Position numbers and translations under genes: made by a program
NCBI GenBank assembly: GCA_002771355.1
Contig: PCSU01000056.1
Coordinates: forward strand, 1 to 49,732
Reading direction: 5' to 3'
DNA length: 49,732 nt
From: a candidate division WWE3 bacterium CG22_combo_CG10-13_8_21_14_all_39_12
Lineage (GTDB): Bacteria > Patescibacteriota > 4484-211 > GCA-002791395
Notes under the pieces: model-generated
Database searches by the model: none
What the model was told of the DNA's origin: nothing
What the model saw: the letters and a program-made list of their open reading frames with translations, nothing else
In this document: positions 33,645 to 44,200 of the stretch, piece by piece
How the letters are laid out: every line of letters starts with the position of its first letter
How positions within the stretch are numbered: the stretch's first letter is position 1

Positions 33645-35003
33645 ATGTCAAATCACGATATTCAAGATGTTGTTTCATTAGCTAAACGACGGGGTTTTGT
33701 ATTCCCCAGTTCCCAGATATATGGTGGTTGGGAAGCTACCTATGATTTTGGACCACTGGGTACTGAAATCTTACGAACACTTAAAAACCTATGGTGGGAG
33801 AATTTTATTCACCGTAAACCAAATGTTGTAGGGTTAGATAGTGCTATTATTAGCCATCCTCGTGTATGGGAAGCAAGTGGACATGTGGATTCGTTTGCCG
33901 ATGTGATGGTTGAAGACAAGAAAACTCAAAAAAGATATCGTGCAGACCACCTCATTGAAGACACACTTAACATCCCAACCGACGGGTTTACCCCCCAGGA
34001 GTTTGACGAGCTTATTGGAAAGAACAATATTAAAAGCCCTGACAATAATGAACTATCGCAAGCTAAGTATTTTAATCAACTGGTAGAGGTACAAATTGGC
34101 ACAACCTCTGACACAAAATCTACAGCTTACTTACGCGGTGAAACCTGTCAACCAATTTTCTATAACTATGGTTTAGTAAAAGATTCAATGCGCATGAAAC
34201 TTCCATTTGGTGTTGGACAAATTGGTAAGGCATTTAGAAATGAAATAAAGGTTGGACCATTTTTCTTTAGAACGCGCGAGTTCGAACAAATGGAAATTGA
34301 AATGTTTTTACATCCGAGTGAGGCTTCCGAACAGTTAGAAACATTTAAAACTGAAAGTATGGAATGGCTCACATCCCTTGGGATTTCAAAAGACAAACTT
34401 AAGTTCAGGGAACAGGAATTTAAAGAACGTGCACATTACAACAAAATCGCAACAGATATTGAGTACAGTTTTCCGTTTGGATGGAAGGAGTTTCAAGGGA
34501 TTCACTACCGTGGTGACTGGGATCTGACTAGGCATGGAGAGTTTTCAGGACACTCTTTTGTGGAAAAAATCGAAGAGACTGGAGAAGAGTTTGTGCCTCA
34601 CATTGTAGAATATTCAATTGGTTTAAGTCGTCTCTTACTTGTCCTTTTATCCGACGCATATACTAAAGAAGAAGATCGGTTAGTCTTAAAAATAGCTTCT
34701 CACCTTGCGCCTTACAAAGCGGCAGTGTTTCCATTAGTTCGAAACAAACCAGAAATTACTGAACGAGCAAAAAAAATATTTGCAGACCTTAATCTACACA
34801 CACCAACAGCATTTGATGACAGGGGCAATATTGGTAAACGATATTTATCTCAAGATGAAATTGGTACTCCATTTTGCGTAACAATAGATTACGACACACT
34901 TGATGATGGAACAGTAACTGTTAGAGACCGCGACAGTAAAGAACAGATTCGAATCGCAGAAACAAAATTAGTGGACTATATCTTAACAAATACCTCTGTT
35001 TAG
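33645..35003 (+). CDS. glyQS: Glycyl-tRNA synthetase (dimeric GlyQS type, class II)
   Basis: LAKRRGFVFPSSQIYGGWEATYDFGPLGTEI, FRNEIKVGPFFFRTREFEQMEIE, and a C-terminal anticodon-binding region. 452 aa. Confidence 0.93.
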   Translation: MSNHDIQDVVSLAKRRGFVFPSSQIYGGWEATYDFGPLGTEILRTLKNLWWENFIHRKPNVVGLDSAIISHPRVWEASGHVDSFADVMVEDKKTQKRYRADHLIEDTLNIPTDGFTPQEFDELIGKNNIKSPDNNELSQAKYFNQLVEVQIGTTSDTKSTAYLRGETCQPIFYNYGLVKDSMRMKLPFGVGQIGKAFRNEIKVGPFFFRTREFEQMEIEMFLHPSEASEQLETFKTESMEWLTSLGISKDKLKFREQEFKERAHYNKIATDIEYSFPFGWKEFQGIHYRGDWDLTRHGEFSGHSFVEKIEETGEEFVPHIVEYSIGLSRLLLVLLSDAYTKEEDRLVLKIASHLAPYKAAVFPLVRNKPEITERAKKIFADLNLHTPTAFDDRGNIGKRYLSQDEIGTPFCVTIDYDTLDDGTVTVRDRDSKEQIRIAETKLVDYILTNTSV

Positions 35004-35567
35004 TTATTTAACTAAACCTTTTGTGTTTAAGGTTCTCTCCAAAACCTCTTCAAATAATCTATGCATAAAGATCTTCCTTTGATAAGGATCCTTAGGGTAT
35101 TGTGACCCATGATCCTCATCTGACCAAAAGCCGGCATTTTTTAATAGATATCTTTCAAGATTTCGAAGCTGATCAGAATGATAAGCTTTACGTGAATCAA
35201 TTTGTGTTAGTAATCCAATCACCTGATTAAACAAATCTGTATCAGGTTCTTCGTCCGGAATTAAGTGCTCAACGAGTTCTGAAATATAGTACGCAACATT
35301 TACCAATGATTTGTCTTCTTTAATATAGCCAAAGTTCTCTACTGTCTGGGCTTCCGTTATAAGGCCAAGTCCTGAAGATTCCCTAATCGTAACCCTGGCT
35401 ACGTTAAATAAATCTAAGTGGCCCCCTCTCCTTGAAGTAATACTTCGCACCCCTTTTGCAACAGCTCGTATTTTGCCTGTATATTTTGCGAACATAACAA
35501 ATAAAACGTCACGTTCTCCGTAAGGGTATCGACGCAAAATGATTGCATCGTCTGTAAAAGTTTTCAT
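35004..35567 (-). CDS. recO: DNA repair protein RecO
   Basis: N-terminal OB-fold signature DDAIILRRYPYGERDVLFVMFAKYTGKIRAVAKGVRS. 187 aa. Its stop codon abuts the glyQS stop. Confidence 0.8.
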   Translation of the reverse strand: MKTFTDDAIILRRYPYGERDVLFVMFAKYTGKIRAVAKGVRSITSRRGGHLDLFNVARVTIRESSGLGLITEAQTVENFGYIKEDKSLVNVAYYISELVEHLIPDEEPDTDLFNQVIGLLTQIDSRKAYHSDQLRNLERYLLKNAGFWSDEDHGSQYPKDPYQRKIFMHRLFEEVLERTLNTKGLVK

Positions 35568-35578
35568 GAATTCAAATG

Positions 35579-37417
35579 TTACCAGGAAATTGTTTTTACC
35601 GTATCTGTAGTAACATCAAAAGAATCTTCAAGTTTATCATTTACAAATATAGTATGCTCAACTGAACTTTTCCCCGGTTGTTTTTGTATAGTAAGTGTAA
35701 ACTCATCGCCATCCTGCCGTGGAATTGTATAGGTAAAAGAAACTACTTGTGAAGAAAGTGCAGGAATTCGAACGAAGTTATCAAACACCGTTTTTCCAAG
35801 ATCGTTATAAACTTGGCTTTGAGCTTCTCCACCGGAAAAATCAATAAGTTGAGATCCTTTCGGAACATATACTCTTAAGTAATTACGAGCTGTAGCATTA
35901 AGCCAACCATCAAACGTTCCCGTATTTTCATAGGTAAGATTGACCTTTACCGTAATTACCCCCTGATCAGAACGAGTATAGTGGTGTTCAACCGATCGGA
36001 CTAAATACATATCTGACTTTAATCCTGCAAGGTTTGCATCATTTACATGAAAATAATCTTCATCCGTAGAAACTATTCTACCGGAAAAATTGTATTGTTC
36101 TGACAGGTCTTGAAGCTCAGGATCAGTAAAATACAATAATACATGCTTTTGATCTAGTTGCTTAGTAACTACGCTAAAAAGGGGCATCCACTGGGTACTC
36201 TTTACTGACATGACTTGATCAAAAATATTATTCATCAATGCCCCAATAACATCTTTTCTAAGTGCTTGATCTGAGGTGAGCTGACTTGAATAAAACTCTA
36301 AGCGACACACAACATTTTCCGAGGTAAATGTTGTCCCTCCATCTTTACAAGACGCTGGAACATATGGAAATAAACTAAAATCAATACTATAATCTGGAAT
36401 TTCAACATCCCCTGTGAATTCAAGCAACGCCGAAACAAATTGAGTATCTATTGCAATGATCCCATCAACAGACGCTTGGCCAATTTGTTTCCAATACGTA
36501 TGGAACATATCCATTGACTCTTTGTAGTCTGGTGAGAAGTTTGTATCTCTCATATGCCAAGCTGTTTCCGTAAGATATTTTATTATGGGAGCTGGAGGTG
36601 TGTAATAAACCTGATCATCTCTAATCTCATAAATGTTTTTTGCTTCAGAAAAAGAAATCTCGCCTGACTTACTATTTAAAATAGTAAATGATGTAATAAA
36701 TCCTCCAGTTGGACGTAACTCCTTGTCGTTTTGAAACAATACCAAATACCGTTTTGTTGCATCAACTCCCATTAAATCAGGTAATTGCATTACAAACTCC
36801 TTAATTTGAGGAATATTTTCGGAAAATGACTGCGTAAGTTTAACTCCTTCCCGTGCGTAATCACGTATTGGAATTCCTAAGTTTGGGTAGGTATCAACTG
36901 ACAAATCATTAACCAAGACTATAACTGGCTCAATATCAGAAAGATATGTATCTAAAATTGGAATTATTTGTGGTGATATTTTTAAGAAATTTTCTAAGTA
37001 CTGTTCACTACCACTTGATGTATCAAGACCTAATGCCAAAGAGAATGGAGCCACATTCTCTAAAAAATCTTGGTGAACAAACAGCCCCTCATCGATAATC
37101 TTAGCAATAATAGGAAGATCTTTATAAACCGGCTTTACCATAGGAACATAATTTAATAGTTTCATCTGATCAATTGCAATGAGTAGATCTGCAGTATTAA
37201 CCCTCAAAGAGGCAAGTACTGATGGCAGTTGATCAATAGTTCGCTGCGAAGCATGTGTTTTAAGATCTTGAGCATCATCGTAAACCAATGATGCTGAATC
37301 AATAATGACACCTGTGGGGGAAAGAACAGTAATGTAACAAACAAAACCTTGAAAACAAGCAATTGCAATAAGTAATAATATTAATTTTGCGTGATGTTTT
37401 ATAACAAGCATAGACAC
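35579..37417 (-). CDS. Membrane-anchored extracytoplasmic protein of unknown function (possibly DUF4012-like, a family often adjacent to envelope glycan genes)
   Basis: 612 aa with an N-terminal TM helix (LILLLIAIACFQGFVCYITVL). No catalytic motif recognised. The family assignment is from memory only. Confidence 0.4.
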   Translation of the reverse strand: MSMLVIKHHAKLILLLIAIACFQGFVCYITVLSPTGVIIDSASLVYDDAQDLKTHASQRTIDQLPSVLASLRVNTADLLIAIDQMKLLNYVPMVKPVYKDLPIIAKIIDEGLFVHQDFLENVAPFSLALGLDTSSGSEQYLENFLKISPQIIPILDTYLSDIEPVIVLVNDLSVDTYPNLGIPIRDYAREGVKLTQSFSENIPQIKEFVMQLPDLMGVDATKRYLVLFQNDKELRPTGGFITSFTILNSKSGEISFSEAKNIYEIRDDQVYYTPPAPIIKYLTETAWHMRDTNFSPDYKESMDMFHTYWKQIGQASVDGIIAIDTQFVSALLEFTGDVEIPDYSIDFSLFPYVPASCKDGGTTFTSENVVCRLEFYSSQLTSDQALRKDVIGALMNNIFDQVMSVKSTQWMPLFSVVTKQLDQKHVLLYFTDPELQDLSEQYNFSGRIVSTDEDYFHVNDANLAGLKSDMYLVRSVEHHYTRSDQGVITVKVNLTYENTGTFDGWLNATARNYLRVYVPKGSQLIDFSGGEAQSQVYNDLGKTVFDNFVRIPALSSQVVSFTYTIPRQDGDEFTLTIQKQPGKSSVEHTIFVNDKLEDSFDVTTDTVKTISW

Positions 37418-37420
37418 ATT

Positions 37421-38872
37421 CTACATTGCTCCTGAACCTTTGAGAACAACAGGAATGGTTCTAAATAAAATTTTAATATCTAACCACACACTTGCGTGGG
37501 TTGCATAGTAAGCATCCATTGATACTCGTTCTGTAAAATCAACATTACTTCTACCTGAAACCTGCCATAAACCGGTAATCCCTGGTTTAACTGTCAATAA
37601 ACGTCGAACGAGGGCTTTCGTCTGAGGAAAACTATTTTGCTGTGTCTGAAGTTCTTTTACAACATAAGCACGCGGTCCAACAATACTTATCTCCCCCTTT
37701 AATACGTTAATAAGTTGCGGTAACTCATCAATACTAGTTCTACGAATAAACGATCCCACTTTTGTTACCCGAGGGTCCTTAGCAAGTTTATAATTTGGTT
37801 GCTCCTCTTTTAATTTTTCTGTTTTCTCATCCTGACTTGCGTGAACAAACTTGCCATCTTTTTCAAACATACTCATACTTCTAAACTTAATAAGGTCAAA
37901 TTCAAGCCCATTACGACCTACTCGTCGGTGCCGAAACAACACAGGACCTTTGGAGTCTAAATGAATCGCAATCGCGGTACAAGCCATAAGCGGCGAAAGA
38001 AAAATAAGCGAAACAACACTTATGAAAACATCAAGTAACCTTTTAAATGCAAGCATCCACCCATCTAATAGTGACGGGCTCAGTTCAATAAGTGGTGTTG
38101 CGGCAAACTCGTGAGTTTTTACATGTGCAGTTGCAAGATCAAGTACATTTGGAACAAACATAAATGCTATTCCCCTACCCTCACAGACTGTAAAAATTTC
38201 AAGAGATGTACTATCCGAAATTGCAGGATCAGCAATGATTACCACATGCACGACTTCATCAATGAGATATTTTTCTAATGAATCAAAATTGTACGTCCAC
38301 TCAGGAAGTCCAGGATCTATTAAGGAGTCCTTAGAGCTTGGTTGTGTAATATATATCGCCTTAATGTTATAGATATTCTCTCCAACCGCTTCTAAACTTG
38401 CCTTGACCCTATCAATATGTGGTTGAGCTCCAACGATAACTACATTTTCCCTGGCAAAACCTCTCGATCGAATAACTCTTTCGATAACAACCATAACTCC
38501 TCTACCAATAAGTAGAAACACTACAGAAAAAAGAGCAGAAAACCCAAGGACCAACCGTGAATAATCAAATGTCCTGCTAAAATAAATCACAGAACCAACA
38601 AATGCCCCGGTTAATAGTGAACCAAAAACAATGCGAAACACATCTGAATACCTATCGATAACCAGTTCTTGTTTATACAACCCAAAATAAGCAAAAACAC
38701 TGATATATAAAAACCCGGCCATAAGTGCAAACGGTACAAATTGCATAAAAGGGATAAGCATCACATCACCAAATTTTTCACGAACATAGTAAGAAACGAC
38801 ATAAGACAAAACTACCAGAACATAGTCTGTAACTAATGTAATTATTCCAAGCAATAACTTACTTCTTCTCAT
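37421..38872 (-). CDS. Polyprenyl-phosphate glycosyl-1-phosphate transferase (bacterial sugar transferase, WbaP/CpsE-like)
   Basis: N-terminal TM helices. C-terminal [20 protein letters not shown]...[22 protein letters not shown]...[36 protein letters not shown]...[13 protein letters not shown]. Confidence 0.88.
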   Translation of the reverse strand: MRRSKLLLGIITLVTDYVLVVLSYVVSYYVREKFGDVMLIPFMQFVPFALMAGFLYISVFAYFGLYKQELVIDRYSDVFRIVFGSLLTGAFVGSVIYFSRTFDYSRLVLGFSALFSVVFLLIGRGVMVVIERVIRSRGFARENVVIVGAQPHIDRVKASLEAVGENIYNIKAIYITQPSSKDSLIDPGLPEWTYNFDSLEKYLIDEVVHVVIIADPAISDSTSLEIFTVCEGRGIAFMFVPNVLDLATAHVKTHEFAATPLIELSPSLLDGWMLAFKRLLDVFISVVSLIFLSPLMACTAIAIHLDSKGPVLFRHRRVGRNGLEFDLIKFRSMSMFEKDGKFVHASQDEKTEKLKEEQPNYKLAKDPRVTKVGSFIRRTSIDELPQLINVLKGEISIVGPRAYVVKELQTQQNSFPQTKALVRRLLTVKPGITGLWQVSGRSNVDFTERVSMDAYYATHASVWLDIKILFRTIPVVLKGSGAM

Positions 38873-38873
38873 T

Positions 38874-39743
38874 TTACGTGTAGATTATAACAATGATACT
38901 TAGTCCCCACAACAACGCGGTCAAAATAATTTGTTTATCAGTCAATAGTGTTCGGGTCGGATCCTCCCCCTTATTGTCCGTATAAACCAAAAGCAGATAC
39001 CTAAATAATCCATATACGACAAGTGGGACAGTATAAACCAACGCTGAGGTTCCCAAACGATTAACAACATCCGGTGCTTGAGTATACAAAACATAACTTA
39101 ATAAACTTGCCGTTGATACTATTGTTAAGAGTGTATCCAGAAGTTGTGGGGTGTAGTTTTGTAAAGATTTTCTTGTTCCAGAAGCACTATCTCCTAATAG
39201 CAAAAACTCATGCCTACGTTTTCCAATTACAAGAAATAACGCAAGAAAAAATGTTGTTATAAATAGCCAGTTTGAAATAGTAACCCCAATTGCAACACCA
39301 CCCGCTACCGCACGAATTACAAAACCGAGTGAAACGATAAGAATATCAACCAATTCGATGTGTTTTAAAACCTTTGTATATGATGTTGTAAGAATAAGAT
39401 ATACCATAAGAATGGCAAAAAATTGAGGGCTTACTAATAACGCCGTACCTACACTTACTACAAATAACACCCCTGCAATAATCCATGCCTGACGAGTAGA
39501 TATAACTCCTGCTGCTAATGGCCGATACTTTTTGACTGGATGTAAACGATCCCTTGTTATATCAACAATATCGTTCACAACATATGTTGCACTTGCAGCA
39601 CACGAAAATGCAATAAAACCAAGAATTGTAAGATATAGAGAATCTTGATCAGATAAGCGTTGCGCAAAGAGTAGCGCTGCAAATAACAAAAGGTTTTTTG
39701 CCCACTGATGTACTCGAATTAGTCGTATTACGTTTCGTTGCAT
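38874..39743 (-). CDS. UbiA-family prenyl-phosphate transferase, decaprenyl-phosphate phosphoribosyltransferase (DPPR synthase)-like
   Basis: VVNDIVDITRDRLHPVKKYRPLAAG resembles the Rv3806c-type NDxxDxxxD...K.RP.A.G motif. About 8 TM helices. 289 aa. Confidence 0.7.
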   Translation of the reverse strand: MQRNVIRLIRVHQWAKNLLLFAALLFAQRLSDQDSLYLTILGFIAFSCAASATYVVNDIVDITRDRLHPVKKYRPLAAGVISTRQAWIIAGVLFVVSVGTALLVSPQFFAILMVYLILTTSYTKVLKHIELVDILIVSLGFVIRAVAGGVAIGVTISNWLFITTFFLALFLVIGKRRHEFLLLGDSASGTRKSLQNYTPQLLDTLLTIVSTASLLSYVLYTQAPDVVNRLGTSALVYTVPLVVYGLFRYLLLVYTDNKGEDPTRTLLTDKQIILTALLWGLSIIVIIYT

Positions 39744-40861
39744 ATGCTATGTAGTCGATCCACAAAAACCTCCCTAGAAAACCCCTTCGCATGATTTACT
39801 AGCTTTGTTTTATCCCATGATATCTCAGGTACCCTTTTAAGAGCCACCTTTAGATCATCTGCCGTTTGGGATTCAAACAGTATACCCGTTTCATTTGAAA
39901 TAACAGTATCACGTGCCCCCCCTTTATTATAGGCAACAACAGGTATACCACATGCATTAGCTTCAATAATCGTCATACCAAAATCTTCATATTGCGGATG
40001 AAGCAAAGCCACGCTGTGACGCAATACATATGAAGCCTCTTTGTCAGTAAGATATCCAGCCATAATCGTTGACCCAGTTGCGCGGGACGCTAATTTTTTA
40101 TATGCAGCTCCGGTACCAATAATTACTAACGGAATGTTAAGTTCCTGACATGCATCAATCGCCACATCAATGCGCTTCCATTCAACGAGACGAGACATCA
40201 CAACCATATAGTTGTCGGGAAGATCAAACGATGGTTTTTCCTCTCCATTAAACCTTTCAAAATCAACAAACGGAAACAACACTTCTGCATCACGTCGATG
40301 ATATTTATTGATTCTCTTTACCACAATACTGCTATTGCCATAAACAACATCAGCACGTTGACCCGCAATATAATCCGATTGGCGCATTGTTGAAAGGATC
40401 GGTAAAAGAAGTCGACGTAACATTGTACCCAATCTCCCAGATCCAAAATACATTCGTGGTTCCCAAAACCCTCTAAATGGAGAGTGAATGTAACTTATGT
40501 GTTTAGTCGTTGGCTTAGTAACAATTCCATGAGCAAACCTTGTGGATGTTGAAAAAACAATATCAAAATCAGAAAAATCAAACTGCTCGAAAACTAAAGG
40601 ATAGAGGTAAAACAATACTTTATTGATAAATGCTTTAGCAGGAAGTTTATCTAATATACTTGTTCGAAACCTGGTTGCATCAATTCCTGTTTTTTTAATC
40701 ACATCACTTGTTACCATTGATGTAAATATCGGTGCACCAGGAAACTCATGAGCTATTGCAGCCATTACACGTTCAGCCCCACCCCATTGAACAAAATCGT
40801 CATGAACTAATGCTATTTTTGGGGTGACGGGCTCTTGAATCGATTCCTTTAATTGACTCAC
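39728..40861 (-). CDS. GT4-family (GT-B) glycosyltransferase
   Basis: N-terminus IALVHDDFVQWGGAERV. C-terminal EDFGMTIIEANACGIPVVA (E-x7-E-type motif). Confidence 0.85.
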   Translation of the reverse strand: MSQLKESIQEPVTPKIALVHDDFVQWGGAERVMAAIAHEFPGAPIFTSMVTSDVIKKTGIDATRFRTSILDKLPAKAFINKVLFYLYPLVFEQFDFSDFDIVFSTSTRFAHGIVTKPTTKHISYIHSPFRGFWEPRMYFGSGRLGTMLRRLLLPILSTMRQSDYIAGQRADVVYGNSSIVVKRINKYHRRDAEVLFPFVDFERFNGEEKPSFDLPDNYMVVMSRLVEWKRIDVAIDACQELNIPLVIIGTGAAYKKLASRATGSTIMAGYLTDKEASYVLRHSVALLHPQYEDFGMTIIEANACGIPVVAYNKGGARDTVISNETGILFESQTADDLKVALKRVPEISWDKTKLVNHAKGFSREVFVDRLHSICNET

Positions 40862-41853
40862 TTTAGTGCCTCCTTAGGTATTACGAGGTGTTTTTCTTTT
40901 TCTAGTGTATACCAAAATAACGCCCCAAAAATAATTACCGTTATGTTTGCCGCAAAGTGAGTTACTATTGCAAAGAGAAATGATAGCGACTCGTTTACAC
41001 CCATAAGTGAAAACGAAAGAACCGTTACATATTCATAGGTGCCTACCCCTCCAGGACTTGCAGGAATAACAATAGCAAGATTAATAATTCCCATCAAAAA
41101 GGCTGCAAACCCCAAAGATAGCTGAATACCAAACGCATGAAAACTTGTGTAATAAAATAAAACTTCAAGTCCCCATACCAAAAGACTTAATCCCATGAGC
41201 CTGAAAATAGATGGAAAAGAATTCAATGCACGTAACCCTTCAAAAAGCTGCTTAGAAAAAATATTTACCTTGTCTCCGATTCTTTTAGGCAACATTACAC
41301 TAAATGTATGAACCACTGACTGTGCTTTTACAGGGTATTTTGCTGAAACAATAAACAAAACAAATAAAGCACCAAAGATTCCACTCGCAACCTCAACTGC
41401 TTGGGTTGCCCACTGGGGCATAGGTAAAAACAAACTACCAACGAGCGTAAAAAACACAACGGTAATTCCATCCAAAACACGTTCTACAACAACCGTTGTA
41501 AACGCTTTAGGTATTGATACATCAGGATAAAGAGTATGCAATGCATATGCACGGTACACTTCGCCGGCACGAAGCGGCAATACATTATTTGCAGCAAAAC
41601 CCATCACGAGCGTTTTTAGTGAATGCCAAAATGTTACCGGTATATGCATTAACAGAAAATATACTTGCCATCTTCGCCCCCTCACAACGTATCCCGCTGC
41701 AAGGAGCCCGAGACCAACCATAAGCAACCAAATATTAATCTCATTAACATGACTACGCATAAGACCAAAGTCAGTTTTTTCAATCGAAAGATATAAAAAA
41801 AATCCACTTATGCCAATCAATACAATTGTGTTTACGATTTTTTTAATATTCAT
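40858..41853 (-). CDS. UPF0104 / lysyl-PG-synthase-TM-like (flippase-like) integral membrane protein
   Basis: About 8 TM helices. NNVLPLRAGEVYRAY and IPASPGGVGTYEY motifs are typical of this family. Confidence 0.65.
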   Translation of the reverse strand: MNIKKIVNTIVLIGISGFFLYLSIEKTDFGLMRSHVNEINIWLLMVGLGLLAAGYVVRGRRWQVYFLLMHIPVTFWHSLKTLVMGFAANNVLPLRAGEVYRAYALHTLYPDVSIPKAFTTVVVERVLDGITVVFFTLVGSLFLPMPQWATQAVEVASGIFGALFVLFIVSAKYPVKAQSVVHTFSVMLPKRIGDKVNIFSKQLFEGLRALNSFPSIFRLMGLSLLVWGLEVLFYYTSFHAFGIQLSLGFAAFLMGIINLAIVIPASPGGVGTYEYVTVLSFSLMGVNESLSFLFAIVTHFAANITVIIFGALFWYTLEKEKHLVIPKEALK

Positions 41854-41859
41854 TACTCT

Positions 41860-42984
41860 TTAGTGCTTAATACTCGAATGGTACAAAGATAATGTTTCAG
41901 TTGCCATGCGTTCCCAACTATACTCTGTAACTTTTCCCAAACCGAGATTAATTTGTGTATTTCGTAATGTACTATTTGAGTTAAGATCATTTACTTTTCG
42001 GGCAAAACCTTGAGAATCCCCTTCATTAACATACAATGCTCCATCTCCACATACTTCTCTATGAACGGGAATGTCAGACAAAACAACGGGACACGAAGCA
42101 CTCATCGCTTCAAGAGGAGGTATTCCAAAACCCTCTTCAGCTGAGGCGCTCACAAAAACACTCGCCTGACTATACAATACAGATAACTCTTCATCGTCAA
42201 CGTATCCTAATATATTTACACGATGAGATAATCCCTTTTGCTTTGCCATATCTTCAATTTTTTGATAAAAACTATTCCGAGACCCAACAAGTAAAAGTGT
42301 AATATCTTCTGGCATATCATTAAGTGCATCAATTAAAACATCAACTCTCTTATAGGGGTATGCATTGCCCACATACATCACAAACTTATTGGTAATTCCA
42401 TACTTTTCCAAAACATGTAGTGGCTCATTTATTGTCTGATGATTACTTAGGTCAGTATCAATCCCTTCATACGTTACTGAGATTTTGCTGTCGGAAACAT
42501 TAAACCAATCAACAATGTCATTTTTTACGAAATGGGTTGGGGTAATAATATGACGACTACGATTAACCGCCCACCACATATCTAGTCTATATGCTTTATT
42601 CTTTACGGCATACATAAATGGTGAAAGTGTAGTTGCATCAAGACCAACATGTTTGTGTTTAATAAGATCGTGAATCGTAACCACAAATGGCGTCGAAAAA
42701 TTGAGAATGGGTACAATAAAGTGGGGAAAATGCACCAGGTCATATCTACCCTTTGCAAGAGCTAAAGGGAGTTTAATTTGTTCAGCAATACTATGGTGAG
42801 GGGCGTCAACCACTTGTAGAGAAAAATTTTTAGGAAATGATTCATTCCTATATTTCTCTAAAACAAAAAGTGTAAATAAATCATCTGTATCTATACGGGA
42901 AAGATAATGTATAAGATTTTTGGTATACCTGCCAAGACCTGCATGGTAAAGACCATAAAAGCGAGCATCAATTGCAATATTCAT
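41860..42984 (-). CDS. GT4-family glycosyltransferase
   Basis: MNIAIDARFYGLYHAGLGRY, and C-terminal EEGFGIPPLEAMSASCPVVLSD. Confidence 0.85.
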   Translation of the reverse strand: MNIAIDARFYGLYHAGLGRYTKNLIHYLSRIDTDDLFTLFVLEKYRNESFPKNFSLQVVDAPHHSIAEQIKLPLALAKGRYDLVHFPHFIVPILNFSTPFVVTIHDLIKHKHVGLDATTLSPFMYAVKNKAYRLDMWWAVNRSRHIITPTHFVKNDIVDWFNVSDSKISVTYEGIDTDLSNHQTINEPLHVLEKYGITNKFVMYVGNAYPYKRVDVLIDALNDMPEDITLLLVGSRNSFYQKIEDMAKQKGLSHRVNILGYVDDEELSVLYSQASVFVSASAEEGFGIPPLEAMSASCPVVLSDIPVHREVCGDGALYVNEGDSQGFARKVNDLNSNSTLRNTQINLGLGKVTEYSWERMATETLSLYHSSIKH

Positions 42985-43014
42985 ATGTTATTGTGATAAG
43001 TATAACAAGTTATC

Positions 43015-44196
43015 TTACAGGCCTAAAACCGACCTATAAACTGAGATAGTGTTTTTTGCTACATCTTTCCACAAAAACCGTTTGATATTCTCACGACCTT
43101 TCCGAATATACTCTGCCAAGTCTACCTCGTGGTTTAGCACTTTTTTGATTTTTTGCGCAATATCACGTGGGTTGTGTGGATCAAAAAAGATAACACCCTG
43201 CCCACCAACTTCATGAAAAATCTCAATGTCTGAAGCAAGCATTGGTTTTTCGTACCACTGCGCTTCTAAAATAGGTATTCCAAAACCTTCTATATATGAA
43301 GGCGAAATCACTGCAGTAGCATTTTGATACAATCCTTTTAGTTCACTGTCGGGAAGATATCCGTTAGAAATATAATAGTTTGGAAATACAACATAATCGG
43401 AAAGACCCATTTCAAAAACTAATGTGCGAACTTTTTTAGATAACTCATCAACTTTTCCAACAAATACAAGTTGTACTTTTACTCCTGATTGTATGAGTTC
43501 AGATAACGCTTGTAATAAGGTTGCATGGTTCTTGTGCGGATACATGGTTGCAACATACAATATATAGGGCATCGAAATATCATATCTATCAAGAACTCCT
43601 TTAAGGTTTGAGTCAATTTCATCATCCATTTTTGTTGATGAAACATGGTCAAAACCAATTGATGTATTTATAATTTTAGTAGGGTCAACCTTAAGGTGCT
43701 TAACAATCTCATTTTTTGAGACCTTAGATATGGTTGTTATTTTTTGAGCTCTGTGTGCTAAAAACCAAATTGCAATTCGATATACAAACTTTTTGAATAA
43801 ATAATATCTATAGTTTTTTGTAGAGTTACCAAACGTTGAATACGACAAATGAATTAAGTCATAAATGGTAAGCACAAATGGACCTGGATAAAGTAGCGGC
43901 GCATTAAAATTCGTAAAATGCATAAGATCAACTTTGTACTTTTTAATGATCCACCATAGTTTTATTTGTTCAGCAAACGAATAGGGTGCAATATCGGCCA
44001 ACACCTTTGTAATTCGATCACTTTTCGGTTGATATGCCCTAAACCCATCTTTTCGTAAAAAAACAATGAGCGAAATATCGTCACCCATCTCTTTTTCGAT
44101 TGATAACAATAGATTTTCAACGACCCTTCCAATTCCTGTAATAAATATTCGTGCATCAATTCCTATGGTAATTTTGGAAGATAGGTTTGAAATCAT
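43015..44196 (-). CDS. GT4-family glycosyltransferase
   Basis: IGIDARIFITGIGRV, and C-terminal IEGFGIPILEAQWYEKPMLASD. Confidence 0.85.
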   Translation of the reverse strand: MISNLSSKITIGIDARIFITGIGRVVENLLLSIEKEMGDDISLIVFLRKDGFRAYQPKSDRITKVLADIAPYSFAEQIKLWWIIKKYKVDLMHFTNFNAPLLYPGPFVLTIYDLIHLSYSTFGNSTKNYRYYLFKKFVYRIAIWFLAHRAQKITTISKVSKNEIVKHLKVDPTKIINTSIGFDHVSSTKMDDEIDSNLKGVLDRYDISMPYILYVATMYPHKNHATLLQALSELIQSGVKVQLVFVGKVDELSKKVRTLVFEMGLSDYVVFPNYYISNGYLPDSELKGLYQNATAVISPSYIEGFGIPILEAQWYEKPMLASDIEIFHEVGGQGVIFFDPHNPRDIAQKIKKVLNHEVDLAEYIRKGRENIKRFLWKDVAKNTISVYRSVLGL

Positions 44197-44200
44197 ACAA

